The notes under the pieces are model-generated. The model was given only the letters and a program-made list of their open reading frames with translations, was not told the origin of the DNA and did no database searches. A DNA stretch of 64,000 bases, taken from IMG/VR virus record IMGVR_UViG_3300025575_000001, positions 34,997 to 98,996 of that record. One strand, 5' to 3'. The position numbers and the translations under genes are program-made. The stretch is from a virus. Taxonomy: Duplodnaviria > Caudoviricetes. Positions 44,901-58,991 of the stretch are shown here, piece after piece (within the stretch, counting starts at the first letter, position 1; every line of letters begins with the position of its first letter).

Positions 44901-47566
44901 TCAGTATTATCAACTTTAACCTATTCCTTTTTGGATTCAGCAATTACTTTTTTCTAATCCTATTTTAATCGTTCAGGATTTTGAATGTATCCATTATATC
45001 TCTATAGGAATGAAACTCTAGCAGCAGATAATCTTTCAAGATCATTTATTTGACCAATTATATCATCACTATTTTTAAGTATATTTTCATTCTTTTTGAC
45101 CTCTTCTTTAAGTCTGGCTAATTTACCCATTGCTTGAGATAAACCCCTGTTGTCTGTTTTCTAATCTAATTGAATCTCTTGATTAATTACTGCACCATGA
45201 GCATCCTATGCTTTCTAATCACGCTTAGTAAGTGTTTTATCAATCTTTCCTCTCAAGTTAGAAGCATCATCCTATAGAGCAGCTAATAGATCTCCAGGAG
45301 ATTGGTTTAGTACTTCATTAATAGGTTGTTCTTCTCCATATATATCTGTATATACACCTTTGTTTAATTGTTTAACAATGGGTCTAATATTCTCTGATAA
45401 GTCTTTATGAACTTGATGAAATCTCTATTCCCAATTGTCTACTTTGCTAAGCATCCACACAAGTTCAGATAAATCATCTCCTTTAAAAGTATCACCAGAC
45501 TTAACTGCTAAGTCATCAGCAATTTTTCTGTAGTTGTCAATTGACTCTTTAGTTTGAATTGCTTGATTTTTAAAGTATTCCCTTAATTCCTCATCAGTTT
45601 TATTTTGATAGGGTAATTCTTCATTCCCTTTTTTAGTTAAATCCTATCTAATTCCAGCAATATCTTCATCACTAAGATTATTCATACCATCTATATGGTC
45701 ATATAAATCCTGTATCCTACCTACTTTGTCAAATAAGATAGCATCACTAATGAGTTCAGAATGCTCAGCATTTTTGAATTCAAATTCGTCTTTGGTTTCT
45801 AATGCGGACTATTTATCAGCACCAAAACTAAGTCGTCTATTATTTGCCTTGTAATATTCCTAGAATTTAGGATCTTGAAATCTTTTGTTTAATTCTTCAG
45901 CAAGCTATTGATCTTCTTTATAGTTTTCATTAAGTTCTCTTACTTCACCAATGACACCGTTCATAATGATAGGATGAGTAGCTTTACCATTTTTATCAAT
46001 GCGTACTTCTCCCCCTCTCATAGGAATACCTATAGCACCCATGAGTCCACCAATGAAACCATCTTCCCAACCAGCCATTGTGCCATACTCTTGTTTAGCA
46101 CCTTGACCTATTGCGTTTAACCAATCAATAGATTCTTTATTAGCATTAGGATCAATCTAATGACCCATAAAACTATTCAATTCAGCCCCATAGTATTGTT
46201 GGAGGGTATTAGATATAGTTGACTAACCCATTTCTTCATATGGACCTTCAGTTAAAGGAGTCTTAGCAATAATCCATGCTTTTTTGAGTAGTGATGGTTT
46301 AACTGCTTCAACAGATTTAATTCCATCTACTACTTTGTCTACCATATTAATATCTCTTGCAGCATTTTTAAATCCACCTGCATAACTCCTACCAAACTAT
46401 ACATAGTCAGATAGAGTTAATAGAGGTAAATTAGCAAGGAAATCTCTATTGCCATATTTAGTTCTCTATTCTTCAATCTTAGCTAATCCAACAGTATATT
46501 TTTCATTAACTCTGTTATCTAATTCTTCTTTACCTTCTTTTGTTAAACTTCCGTCTAAATCAAAATAACTAGGATTTTCTTTTTCTAATTTATCATGTTC
46601 TTCTTTTACAATGGAGGGTAAGGCTTCTTGTAACTATCCTTGTAATCTTTCAGCAAATTGAGTTGAATTATTAACTGCTTCAAGTCTAGCTTCTCCAAGA
46701 GCACCTGCAGTAGCCCCAATTATTTTTAACTATTGACCACCAGTCCTTAATTTCTTAGCAGCATATAGAGCATCCTATGCAATGGCTTTACCATCTATAG
46801 TAGCGTCTCCAGTAGCAACCATCTTTAATTTCTCAATTAAATTCTCTGCCTTTTTACCATCATTAGCAATTACTGAATAACCTTCATATAATTTCCTAGC
46901 TTCCCCCAGTTTCATAAGACCTTCTGCAGCACCAGCTACTACTTTACCACTTAATGCAGCACCAACCATGAATCCAGTGTTCTTCAAGAGTACATCTCCA
47001 ATGAAATTAGCAGTAAATATATTCTTATACCAATTACCTTCTTGATTATTCTTATTTTCTTCATTAGAATAATAATTGGGCAACCACTTTTCTAAATTAT
47101 TGTTCCATTTATTAAAACCCTATGTAATTGGATTATCCCAACCATTAGTTATAGGATTGTCTAATATACCTTTCCAATTATTTGAATCTCCTGTTTCTGA
47201 TACACCCTTAATTAATCCTGCAATAGTTCCTGCAAATGTGTCTGCAAAGGTTGTAGCAGCAAGTGAGGTGCCTTTAATGGCACCCGCACCTATTTTATCA
47301 TACCAAGGTTGAATTTCTGATCTTAATTGATTTACTCCTTCTTCTTCTACTCTACTTAATTTGGTAATTCCAGAATCATATCTAGATGTGTCTTCAAAAT
47401 AATTACCATAATTTCCTTTTGTAGGAATACCCATAGTAGAGTTTCTACTATGGATTTTTAATTGCTAAGGACTTGGTAAATTAAGTAAATCATTATTATC
47501 TGTGGTCATATTATTGACCTATTCCATTGCACCAAGTTTTAGACCTTTTAATTTATCTTGTCCCAT
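41954..47566 (-). CDS. large virion cargo protein (about 1870 aa, TAG=Gln)
   Basis: Seven fragments are in one frame from ATG 47566 to TAA 41954. N-terminal Gly/Ala hydrophobic segments; syntenic upstream of the RNAP. Confidence 0.8.
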
Positions 47567-47570
47567 ATTT

Positions 47571-49571
47571 TTAATAATCTTCGTTTACATCTGTATTTAC
47601 AGTATCATCTTTTCTACTATAAGTACTAGACTCAGTATTTTCTCCTAAACCAATATTTGTTGCATTTTGTAATGATTCAATTGCTAAACCATTCATATCT
47701 CTATTTCTCAATTGTCCAGAACCATTTGCTTCATCGGACAAACTACTCTTATAGAATTTTGGTACATTACTAGAGAAATCATAGACAACTTTTACATAAT
47801 CAATGTTACCTTGTTTATCTACAGTTTTAAATATACCTCCTACAGAATTTTCATTAATCTAATCCTTTAAATATGGTGCCAATCCTTTAATATCATTCTA
47901 CTATAAAGCCTGTGTCAAACTTTCTCTAGACACATCTTGAGGTTTTGAAATATTATGTCTATTATATGTTGCTAAGTAATTGGATATCTTTGTAATATGT
48001 TTATCCATATTTTTAAATGGAGTTATACCATCCATTGAATATTTATTACCCTACGAATCTGTTAATTTAAACCCTCTATTTCTATCTACACTAATCACTT
48101 TTATAGGATTCTTATTTGACGGATCACTACTAAATAATTGTGACATTTCTTTGTTAGAGATTGATTCTTTTTCTCCTTTATCATTATATTTATAAATAGA
48201 TTGTCCACCTGAAACAGTTGCCATATTTTCAATGTTTTTCAATACAGCATTCTATTTATCTCCTTTAAGGATTAAAGGAATTTCTATATTACTTTGTTCA
48301 GATTGATTCTTTTCTAATTGTGCACCCAACTTTACATTATTTTCATAACCTAATCCTAAATAAGAATATTTATCATGAAATTTATTCATTTTATCTAATT
48401 CTTGAGTACGTTCTTTTATAAGATTTGCTCTCTGTGTTTGTAAATCACCAATCACTTCAGGTCCTCGAATGATAGGAATTGCTCCAGCAATTTTAGATTG
48501 TTTTGGTGGTTCAGATATATTTTTATCTAAATCTGCAATCTTTTTATTAATGTCTATAATTTTACTATTTACAATACTGGCTATACCATTTTCTGTTTTA
48601 GTAACTTTGAATCCATTAAAAATATCATTACCTTTAAGGGACTCTTTATTTTGTGTAGCCCCTGTTTCTAATCCAGTATAATTTCCTGATAAAACAGGAC
48701 CATTTGGATTTTTCAATGCATCTATTCTAGCCTATTGATACTATAATTGTTTTGCTCTAATAGGATCTATATAATTTTGATTTTGATGTATTTCATCTTT
48801 ACTTTCCCCTACACCCGCATATAATCCTTGAATTACGTCACTTCTCAATTGATTCTTATCCACATTACTCCATTTATTAGAACCGGATGATTCTATGGCT
48901 TGATTAATCAATGCTTCTACTCTATGAGTTGATTTACCATTTGCTGCATCCGTTAATTCTTTTTGGGTTAATCCCATAGAAGTCTTACGTTCAATCAATT
49001 GACCTCCTGCAGTAGTTTCCCACTTAGATTGGCCGTTCTCTTGTTTAGCAAGAGTCTAAGCCATTTTAGCTGCATTAGCAATACGACTTGCCTATGTTTC
49101 ATATTGAGGAGTAACATTTGGATTCTTCATAATTTCATCTAAAGATATCTACTATAAATCAGGTCTATCTGAATATAATACCGAACCAGACATCATTGCC
49201 TATTGTCTTAACTTTGTATCCTAATCAATTAATTGTTTTCTCTAAGCATAAGCCTATTCAATAGGAACAATCTCTTTACCATATCTTTGTTTAAGCTATG
49301 ATAACTATTGTCTATTAGTTGCATTTAATCCCTCTTTAGCCAATTGGTTAGCTTGTGCATTTATATCATTAGCATACTTTTCATATGCTGCATGAGTCAA
49401 TGGATCAGTATTGTTATTAGTTAATCCTTCCCAAATACTAGATTTGGTTGCTAAATCCTCTAAACCCATTTCCTATTCCTTATAAGCCTATCCATACATT
49501 TGATAGGGTCTTATCATTTCTTCAAAGGAGTATGGTTTAAATTTAGCACCTATTGTTAGATAGTTTCCCAT
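47571..49571 (-). CDS. virion cargo protein (about 666 aa, TAG=Gln)
   Basis: Begins MGNYLTIGAKFKPYSFEEMIRP; fragments 48741, 48252 and 48051 are in frame. Confidence 0.78.
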
Positions 49572-49572
49572 A

Positions 49573-51381
49573 TTATTTCTTCTTAGTATTTAGTTTTCCA
49601 CCATATGCTTTAACTGTTCCAAAGAGACCTTTTTCAATCATCCAGTTAATAATAGCCTTCTGATCCTTTTCTTTACCAATGTCTCCTAGACCTTCTACAA
49701 AGGTGTTTAAGTTATTCATTTTAGCTCCTCTAGATTCTTGTCTAGCATAAGCTTTCATTTGTGCTTTAGTCATAATTGAATTCTCTTTCATGCGAGTATT
49801 AATTCCCTATTCCCAATTACTCTATTGAGCATTGAATTGATTAGTACCTCTATTGAAATCAGCTACTTGCATTCTCTATGCTTGATTAGATTCAGCAGCC
49901 TATCTACCCAATTGACCCAGACCTTGATTATATGAAGCATCTGCTCCTAAGAGTCCTGCCATATAAGTAGCTCTATTACCACCTGATACATTTCTTAATC
50001 CCGCTCTTGTAGAAGCTGAATTAGCAGCTAATTGATTTGTTAAATAGTTGGTATCCAATGGTTTATAATTTACGTAATCGCCAAGTTTAGAACCTTTAAC
50101 TCCTAACTAATCTAACCCCTATAAATCTTGTACAGCAGAATAGTCTGGTGTATTAGTTACTCCTAGAGCATCAGTTAGACTAGCTAATCCTGAAGCAGCA
50201 ATTGGAGCATACCTCAATAGGTTATTTTGGTTTGGGCCATTTCCTCCTGGAGTCTATTGAACATTCTATTGAGTGCCTTGATTTATTAAGGGAAAATCTC
50301 CTTTATTTGCAGTTGCATATGTTCCAGAAGTAAATACATTGTTTGGATCAAATCCCATTGGTTTAGTTTGAAATTGATTCCTATCATTAAAAGGTAGAGT
50401 AGTTCCTGGATTAGTAATCTATAAATTCATTAAATTCTAATTGATTAATCCTCTGCCCAAAGTACCACCTGGCCAGAATGAATTACCTTCTTTAACTCCT
50501 TGAGCCTATTTAAGCATTTCTTGGGCCTATTGTAATTTGGTCATACCCTTATCTAATCCATTCTTACTAATTGGATCATTAGGTCTCTCTGAGGACTCCT
50601 TAGACTCCTTCTTAGCCATATCTGCAAATGATGTCTTATCATCATATTTGAGTCTATTGCTAAAGATATAGTCCTTGAATTTGAATTCACCTTCTTCTAC
50701 TAGATTAGGTTTACCATCTTGCGCCATACCCATTAGTACACCTCCATTAGGATTCTATTCATGTGTTCCTCCAGCATTTATTTCCATACCCCCATTACCA
50801 AATTCACCACCATGAGTGGCCTAGTTGGGTAGGTCTGCGTATAAGTTACCACCTTGGTCAAATAAATAACCACCATTAGCAGCGTAATTAGCAAACTAAT
50901 TTATATTATTCATACTTTGAATACCCTCAATGTTAGCTTTAAAGTTACCCATTTGTTGACTTTTTAATAGTTGTTCCTATTGTTGTTTTTTACTATTTCC
51001 TATCATAGAAGTAATTCCGCCAGATAAACCCCCAATTAGACCCCCAGCAATAACTCCAGGAAGACCAAATGCCATTCCAGCACTAGCCCCTGAAGCCAAA
51101 CCACTCAAAGCCTATCCACCTACATTAGCTTGCTAAAACTAAACAGGTTTATAATTCTACATCTAACTCATTAACTACTCATTAGTTGAGGCAGTAAACT
51201 TACTATTCTATGCTGTTGGCACATTAAGATTATTAATTCCTTGCCCTAATAGACCAGAGACTCCCCCAACTATTCCTCCAACAGCCCCCCCCTTTTGAGA
51301 GGGGTTCATTGCTGCCCAAGTGCCGCCTAAATCAAAAACATGTGCTTTTGATTTGTTTATATGTTTTCTTTTTGTTGTCAT
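49573..51381 (-). CDS. cargo protein 1-like ejection protein (about 602 aa, TAG=Gln)
   Basis: Glycine-zipper TM segments, GGTHE*NPNGGV, NLVEEGE, YIFSNR, RPNDPISK. Confidence 0.8.
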
Positions 51382-51398
51382 AATAAATTAATTATATA

Positions 51399-51430
51399 CA
51401 AAGATAAAATAAAATTTTTAATTATACAAG
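51399..51430 (-). promoter_or_regulatory. Bacteroidota sigma-70-type (late) promoter for the cargo operon
   Basis: CTTG-N20-TATCTTTG on the minus strand, upstream of ATG 51381. Confidence 0.7.
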
Positions 51431-51468
51431 TAATTATTGAAATTAGTAACAATGTGTAATTAAAATAT

Positions 51469-54400
51469 TTATACATTGTAATATACATTTATATCATGTA
51501 GAGTAGTTTCTAAGTTATTAACACCCGCAGACCATAACTATAAATATGCCCAATTACCTCTAAGTCTATCTAAACCAGCATGATATGAAGGATTTGGTAA
51601 TCCACCAGAATTCTAATAAGGAGATGTCACACTATCATAATTAATAGATGTTACTCTAGGAATTGGGATTCTCCATGCTCTAAATTTAGATTTTAATGTA
51701 GAAGGTCTACCATTATCATTAATTAAATCTGAATCACCTATCTAATATTCATTCCAAACATTTAATTTATTAAAATTTACAATCCTTTGTAAGGTTCTAG
51801 TTCCATCTATAGGAGTATTATCCCAACTATCAGCTCTAAATTCAAGTGTATTAAATACTTTGTTTAGAGTAGGATTTTGATTACTAATTATAGTTGTATA
51901 GAATGGTTTAGATGCTCCATAGAAACGATTATATACACCCGCATTATGTTTCCACAATTGAATATAAGTTGCCCCTTTTCTAATTGAAAACAGACCATCC
52001 CACATATTTACAATGTAAGGAGTTTTTTCATAGTTAAAGAATGAAGTGAACTATCCAATTAATTCAGAAAAACATAGTGCTGTTTTTTCACCAACAAAAT
52101 ATACATCTTTGTTTATAGAATCATAGTGCCCTGTAAAGTTTTGATAATCTATAGGATTCCAAGGAAGCAATCCTGTAAAATTAGTTTTACTCCAAGATCT
52201 GAATCCAAGTTTATCAGATAAGTTAGTTACCTAATCACTTATAAGATTAATTGATTTGTTGATATCATCAATAAAATACAATCCATTGGGAGTTTCAACA
52301 ATACTATATTTATTAGTAGTTCCTATATTAGATGTAATATATCTTATACCATCTACACTACCACTATTTGCAAATTCAATTGGAAAACCATCAGACGCAT
52401 TTACCTATACTCTACTGTTATATAATATTTTAAACAACCCTTTATTCTAGAATCCTACTAACTCATTGTTAAAGGCTCTCAGTGCAGTTATAGGACCATA
52501 CTTACCATTAGCATCATACGTATTAATCATATCAATGTTAGTCCAACTATCAGTCAATTCACCTGCAATTTTTTTAGGGGTCCATGTAAATGTATTGGAA
52601 AACTTATTCAATGACATTAAGTCATAATCCAATGCATGATATAAATAATAATTATCTTTCTAATCATATATAGGATTTAATAGATTAAAATTATTTGGTG
52701 TCATTGCTAAATTATTAGAACTATTTCTATTGTTATCATATCTACCGTCTAAATTAATCTTAGTTTCACATAATACCGATACAATTTCAGTCATAGTCTA
52801 AAAATCATCTATTGAACTAGGATATACTCTTAAACAATCGTATCTTTGAACAAAAGTATCACCATTTGTAAAAGGTATTTGTGATAAATTTAAATCATTA
52901 ATATCCATAGTCTCTCCTGCAATATACCAATCATTATTTGTGTATGCTGATTTATTTGATCCTCCAAATATTGTAGAGGTATTTATATCTCTATAAAGTT
53001 CAGCTAACCATACCCCTCCATACGGAGTATCAATTCCTCTAGTATAAACATAAATAGAATCCTATTCAACAGTCATACTTAAATCATCGTTCCAAAAAGG
53101 TTTACCTCCTATAGCATTAGTAGAAGTATTAAACCCATTTAATCTAGGAGCAACTATCTAAGTACCCGCATCTTTCCAATTAAAAGCAATAACAGCATGA
53201 CTATTAGTTTTATATTTTATATTTACACTACTAGTAATTGCTGTATTATTAATTGAAGATGATACACCTTCATAATTAGCATTAGATATATCCCAAGTAC
53301 TACCACAATCCACCCCCATTATAAGATAACTTGAATCGGGGGTTACTATTTTATCTATAGTTCCTTTATATATTAAATCACTTTCATAATAATTATCTAT
53401 ATTAGTAATTTTATGAATAGTATCCTCACTATCAGTTATAATTGATACGGGAGCTATTCCATAAGCAGGAGTCCAAGGAGTTGTTAAATAAGTATTGAAT
53501 CCTGAATATCTAACATTAGACATATTCTTTCTGGATAATAATGCATGAGTGCCATCATCATCAATTAAAGATCTCTCACTATGCCAAGGATATACTTTAA
53601 AATTGAAGAATACACCTCTACCACTACCAGCAACAGCACGTGCCTGATCGTACCATAAATGAGCCGCAATCATAGCATTAATACCTGAAGTACCTGAATA
53701 GTTTTTAACTCCTATTTCTTGGGGTTTTATAAATCCCCCACCTGTGTGAAATGGCCCTGTACTAGTAGTTAAATCTACATCTGCTTCAAAACCTGTTAAA
53801 TGTGATAATCCTATAATCTATAGATTTAATTCTGTATTATTAAGTGCCTAAATACCTGCATCAAATTCTAACTCAGGTGAATTAAAAGTTAATACTGACT
53901 AATCTACAAAGAACTACCCACCAAAGTAATTTTTAAAAGCTGAACCATTTTCAATATTAAAATCTAATGGGTTTATAAATGGAGATAAAGGTGTTCTATC
54001 TGCAGATTGTACTTCCCCATTAGCTTTATCATAACGGGGTAGAGGTTTATTATGTCTAAATTCTGCGGTATTACCTGTTAGATAAGTAGTGTATTGACTA
54101 CTATCAATAGATGTATTAACACTCATTGGTCTTAAAAACCAAGAGTTTATATTAGAAGGACTATTATTGTATCTATCATCCACATTAAATAGTGTAGGAT
54201 TTAAAAATCCTTGAGCAATAACTCTTCGTTCATATATTTTAGGATACACTACTACACCCCTTACTTTCTTATAACCTTTAGATACTAAGTCAGCAGATAT
54301 TCCTGCATTTACCCACTCTGTAGTTAGTATATCCATAGTAGCCATTACACCGCTAACAGTTACCTATTGAATAGGATACCCATCATAGGCAATACCAAAA

Positions 54401-55662
54401 GTAGGAGTAGTGGTGGGGTATAAAGTATTCTATATATCTTTTACAAATAAAACTTCAGACCATTGTCCAGATTCATGTTGAAATTGCACACCAAATCTAT
54501 AATATTCACCCCCCTTAAAAGAAGTACTAGCTCTCTACCCATCTATAAGAGTATGAGGAATATAAGGATAACTTACATCTTTACCTACCTCTGTATACAG
54601 TTCTTTAGGGGTAAAGTGAATAACTCCTGTTTTAACTCTATCTTCTAAAGTAGTTCCCCAATAAGTATTCTCTCCAATAACAGGAACAGATAATTCAACA
54701 TTACCTAAAAATAAAACATTATCTTTCTAAGTAATTGTTTGAGCAATTACTTTATTTCCACCTTTGTATAATAAACTAGTTGATGTCTATGACTCTCCTG
54801 TAGTATTAGTATCTATTAAAGTTACAACACTATTAGAGGTAGTTATATCTCTAACTTTCTTAACAACGGGAGTAGAATCTATACTAGTTCTAATAATACT
54901 ATATATACGAATGTAATTAAAATTAGTCTAAGAATTTGTAATCTCAATATTAAAACTATTATTAGAAGTATCTTCTGCTGAACCACCTCTGTTTTCTTTA
55001 GAAGTGTAATATAAAGAAGAAATAAAGAAAGGGGCAGTTTCTACTCCATTCCTATTGAAATATGTAAATACATACTAAACCGTACCTATAGGAAAAACTC
55101 CCGTACTATTAGTATTCTTAGTAATAGTTACCCCTTCATCTAAAGACATGCTTTGTATAAAATCAAAAGAATCCTTAGTATAGGTAGGAGAAACTGCGGT
55201 TATATTTATAAATCTAGGTTGATTTTTACCATCTGTCCAATACACCTTTTGTATATCCTCGTTCTCATAAAAAGGAATTGTTTCTATAGGATGTGTCACA
55301 TCAAAATCTAAATCTCCCTAAAATAACTAAGTTACAAGAAGAGTATTTAGTGTGGAAGTATTAGTTATACTGTATATAGTATCATAACCTGCATCAGAAC
55401 CATCTGTGACATTCATTGTGGTAAATAGTACTAAAGTATCATTCATCACACAATAACCTATAGGATAGCCTGGAATACTTGCTACACCAGTTGTTGTCAT
55501 CAACTAAGTGCCCTTCTCATTAGTTAGACTTAAAAAAGTATTACTATCTTTAGCAGTAATACGCATATTCATATTTTCAAAGGCAAATCTAGAATCAAAT
55601 GCTGATTCAGAAGTATCCCTCTACATTCCTATTGTTTTATAATTTGCTACCTGTATTGCCAT
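51469..55662 (-). CDS. tail muzzle / stabilization protein (about 1397 aa, TAG=Gln)
   Basis: Begins MAIQ..GM*RD..FAFENMNMRIT and contains YENEDIQKVYWTDGKNQPRFINI. Five fragments are in frame; TAA is at 51469. Confidence 0.85.
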
Positions 55663-55664
55663 AA

Positions 55665-56339
55665 TTAAATTCTTTTACCTAAGTCTCTAAACCCTCGTTG
55701 ATACTCTCTCTTTCGTATAAGTAGAGAAGAATACATATTGTAGAATGATTCGGCTGTATCTAAATTAAGTCGATTGAATTCTGCTTGGCAATCTCCTGCA
55801 GCAAAGGCATATTCCTATTGAGTATTCTACAATACTCCTGGACTTATTTTACCCAAATCAAATAAAATAGTAAACCAACTCTTTTTTACAAATAATTCTA
55901 ATGCTCTACTAAAACTTGAATTATCGGGTAAAAGTGGATAGCCTTCTTCATCTGTAGAAATTGCTCTATAAGATAGTTCTATAGTTCCTTCTTTTACAGT
56001 TGTATATAAAAATGTTCCTTGAATCTTATAAGTCAAATCAGTAACTTCTTCAAGTTGTTCACTCATATGAAAACTATCGGTAGAGAGTCTAAACATAAAC
56101 ATACCTTCTTCATTAATAAATCTTAATTGATTCATTTCATAGAAATCATCTGGTAAACTTGCTCTATAGTCTACAAGAGTTACTGTTGCAACCTTTTCTT
56201 CAAACATAGAAGGAGTTCCCATTAATCGCATGAAGTTAACAGTCATATCTATAACCTACTCTAATGTAATGTCTTGTAATAAAGGATGCTACATTATGCG
56301 ATCCATTATTGTTTTTATTGATGTTTGTTGATTAGCCAT
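55665..56339 (-). CDS. tail ring / tubular protein (R1-like, 224 aa, TAG=Gln)
   Basis: HPLLQDI, YRASLPDDF, DEEGYPLLPDN; directly upstream of the muzzle gene. Confidence 0.8.
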
Positions 56340-56886
56340 AATTAGGTTTACGTGTTAAGAAAGCACTCATAGTTCCTTCTTGTTGTTTTTTATATATTTG
56401 TTTTGATAATGGTCTTACTATGTTGAATCTATAATAAGTCTAATTCTAAAATCGAGCACTTCGTTTACTTAAAAAAGCTTTAAATCCAATTTTACCTTCA
56501 TGTCGAACTAAGATTTTATCTCTTGCAGCTTCCTCATCTTCATGCCATAATTCTATAGTTTTATCCCAGTCAATAGAATATCCTATTTTAAGTTTACCCT
56601 CTTTATTAAATCTAGCCCCTCCTTCAAATTGACCTACTAATAATTCACCCATTCTATAAGGAAGTTTAACTACTTCACCCATTACTAAATATTCACCAAG
56701 TAATTTATTTACTCCACGAATAATCTTATAGTATTCAGATGAATCTAAGGGTTTCTATTTTTTAGCATGAAGTAGTTTCATATAAAATCTATAGGCCTAC
56801 TGTACTCCGTATGAATTGGTAATTTTAGCTTTTCTAGGACCTGTAACTTTTTTAATATTATTTTTAAATTCCTTTAAGGATTCCAT
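56332..56886 (-). CDS. crAss IHF/HU-like protein (184 aa, TAG=Gln)
   Basis: KITNSYGV, VKLPYRMGEL, IDWDKT.ELW.EDEEA; conserved position in crAss tail modules. Confidence 0.65.
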
Positions 56887-57542
56887 TACCTTTTAGTTTG
56901 CATATTAGAAGTATCGTCAGATGCATTGTTTTCATCATCTTTAGGTGTGTATTTAACACCAAGAATTTCTTTCATAACTAATTCTACTAAAGGAGAAATT
57001 AATGCTTCTTCTATAGGAAATGTTTTATCCATTATATCTGTAGTAGCATCTTGCTATATAGCAGCTTGAATACAATCCTAAAAAATAGCAGTTATATTAG
57101 CAGTTGTTAAAGTAAGTACTGTTGATGTAGCAGATGTAAAATACATATAAGAATCTGGATGTATAGAACAATAAACTATCTACTTTAAGAATCTATTATT
57201 TCCAACATATCTCATTCTATCTCTAGTAACTAAAGCAATATCTCCTTTATAATAGTCAGTTGAATATACTCTAGGATTACCTATTTGCATGAGATAAGGA
57301 ATTGTCACACTACTTTTTAAATAAGTACTATCAGACACAGTTTCACTTGCTAATGTTAAACCTATAGTCTAATAATTAGACTCAGGCATTTGTTTCTTTA
57401 TATCACTATATCTCTATTTAAGTAAGAATGATCTATACTTATTTAAGAGAAATAGAATATGATCTTCTGTATAGTAACTATCATCAGAAGTCAATTTAAG
57501 CTCTTCCAGAGCTAAGTACACAATTTCTTTAAATGTGCTCAT
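56886..57542 (-). CDS. tail ring protein (R2-like, 218 aa, TAG=Gln); absent from the ORF track
   Basis: MSTFKEIVYLALEELKLTSDDSYYTEDHILFLLNKYRSFLLK*RYSDIKKQMPESNY*TI; TAA at 56886. Confidence 0.82.
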
Positions 57543-57576
57543 ATGTATTACAAATTAGTTTAAATGACAAATTCCT

Positions 57577-57608
57577 GCAAGATATGAATAAAATTTCATA
57601 TATGCAAG
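57577..57608 (-). promoter_or_regulatory. putative late promoter
   Basis: CTTG-N20-TATCTTGC upstream of ATG 57542, resembling the motifs at 51399 and 13806. Confidence 0.5.
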
Positions 57609-57668
57609 AACATTAATGTTTTATTTAGTATTTATTAGTATTATTATTATAGGTCAACTAATTAAACA

Positions 57669-57697
57669 ATTAAGGGGACCTTTTGAGTCCCCTTATT
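57669..57697 (-). terminator. intrinsic terminator after the auxiliary capsid gene
   Basis: ATAAGGGGAC-loop-GTCCCCTTAA inverted repeat (minus-strand reading) just past the stop codon. Confidence 0.7.
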
Positions 57698-57702
57698 TAT
57701 TA

Positions 57703-58959
57703 TCAAGCTTCTGTACCGAGATCAGCAATTGTCAATCCAGTAGCAGTTTCTAGAACAGCTATAATACTGTTTGTCAATACATTACTAACAGAGTTAGTTG
57801 CACCTACTTTAGGAATTACCAAAGTAATATCCTTTTCAGATTTTTGAACCCCTTCTCCACTTCCTGCATAGAAGTAATGAATGTCAATATAATTATAAGC
57901 TACTGTTGGATCAACCAAGTAAGTAGTTCTAATAACATTAGGCCAACCAATCATACGATATTGATCTCCTTTTTCACCGGCAGCAAAGTATTCCAAATCA
58001 GCAGTTTTCTTACCGTTAAGAATATAAGTTGTTGGAGAAAGAGTAGTTACAATACCCCAAATTACTTCATCTCCAGTAACTACAATAGTTGTAGGTTGTA
58101 GTGTAAAGTTTACAGGAACTTGTTCGAATGTACCAAGAATCCATTCTTGAGCAACGGCTTCAACAGTAATACCAGTACTTGTACCACCAATCAACGTAAC
58201 AGGAGTAGTTTCAGCAACAACCGCCGTAGCATCAGTACCAGTTACAACAACTAGTGCATTAGCAGCAGCATTAGCAACAACAGCAGCTTTCAAATCTGCA
58301 ATAGTCTTAGCAGCAGTCGTCAAACTAACAGAGATTGCATTACCTGTAACAGTAACAGCAGTAACCCCTGCAGAAACAGAAGCAACAGCAAAAGTAATAG
58401 CATTACCATCTGCACCAATGTTTTTAGCAGTAACAGTTACTCCAGTATTTGTTGTCATTGCAACGGCAGCTTTAGCACCAGTCAATGTAAATGTCAATAG
58501 AGGAGATAGTTCACGGGAGAAATTCTTAGTTAGAGAAGTAATCATCGTCTTGTAAAAAGTATTGGCAGTCATCCCTGTAATAGCATGTACAGCACCATAC
58601 TTGAAGTATTGATCTTCTTCAGATAAACCAATGAAGTTTCTAAATGCAATTCTCAAGATATAATCTTGTCCTGCAACAGGAGCACCACTATTAACAGCAG
58701 AATCCAAAGAAATGTTATACTTAGGTAATCCATTTTTAAGAGCATCAGCATCTGTAACTTTCACAGATAAAATGTTTGCAGTTGGGATTAAATCACTGCG
58801 AGTTTGTCCACCCGGACTCATGTATTTAAAATACGTGTTAGTCTTGGCTGTGTCATACTTTACTGCGATATCACCTGCAGTATCAGTTGATGTGACATCA
58901 GATTGTAACACTTTCGCAACATAAAGTTGACGAACTTGGTTTGAGCTAAATGTAGCCAT
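57703..58959 (-). CDS. auxiliary capsid protein with an Ala/Thr/Val-rich insertion
   Basis: NQVRQLYVAK, PVAGQDYILRIAFR.FIGLSEEDQYFKYG, ADLEYF, VQKSEKDITL match the crAss001-type auxiliary capsid protein (recalled). Confidence 0.85.
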   Translation of the reverse strand: MATFSSNQVRQLYVAKVLQSDVTSTDTAGDIAVKYDTAKTNTYFKYMSPGGQTRSDLIPTANILSVKVTDADALKNGLPKYNISLDSAVNSGAPVAGQDYILRIAFRNFIGLSEEDQYFKYGAVHAITGMTANTFYKTMITSLTKNFSRELSPLLTFTLTGAKAAVAMTTNTGVTVTAKNIGADGNAITFAVASVSAGVTAVTVTGNAISVSLTTAAKTIADLKAAVVANAAANALVVVTGTDATAVVAETTPVTLIGGTSTGITVEAVAQEWILGTFEQVPVNFTLQPTTIVVTGDEVIWGIVTTLSPTTYILNGKKTADLEYFAAGEKGDQYRMIGWPNVIRTTYLVDPTVAYNYIDIHYFYAGSGEGVQKSEKDITLVIPKVGATNSVSNVLTNSIIAVLETATGLTIADLGTEA

Positions 58960-58991
58960 TTTTTATAAATATTTAGTTAAACAATAAAAAA

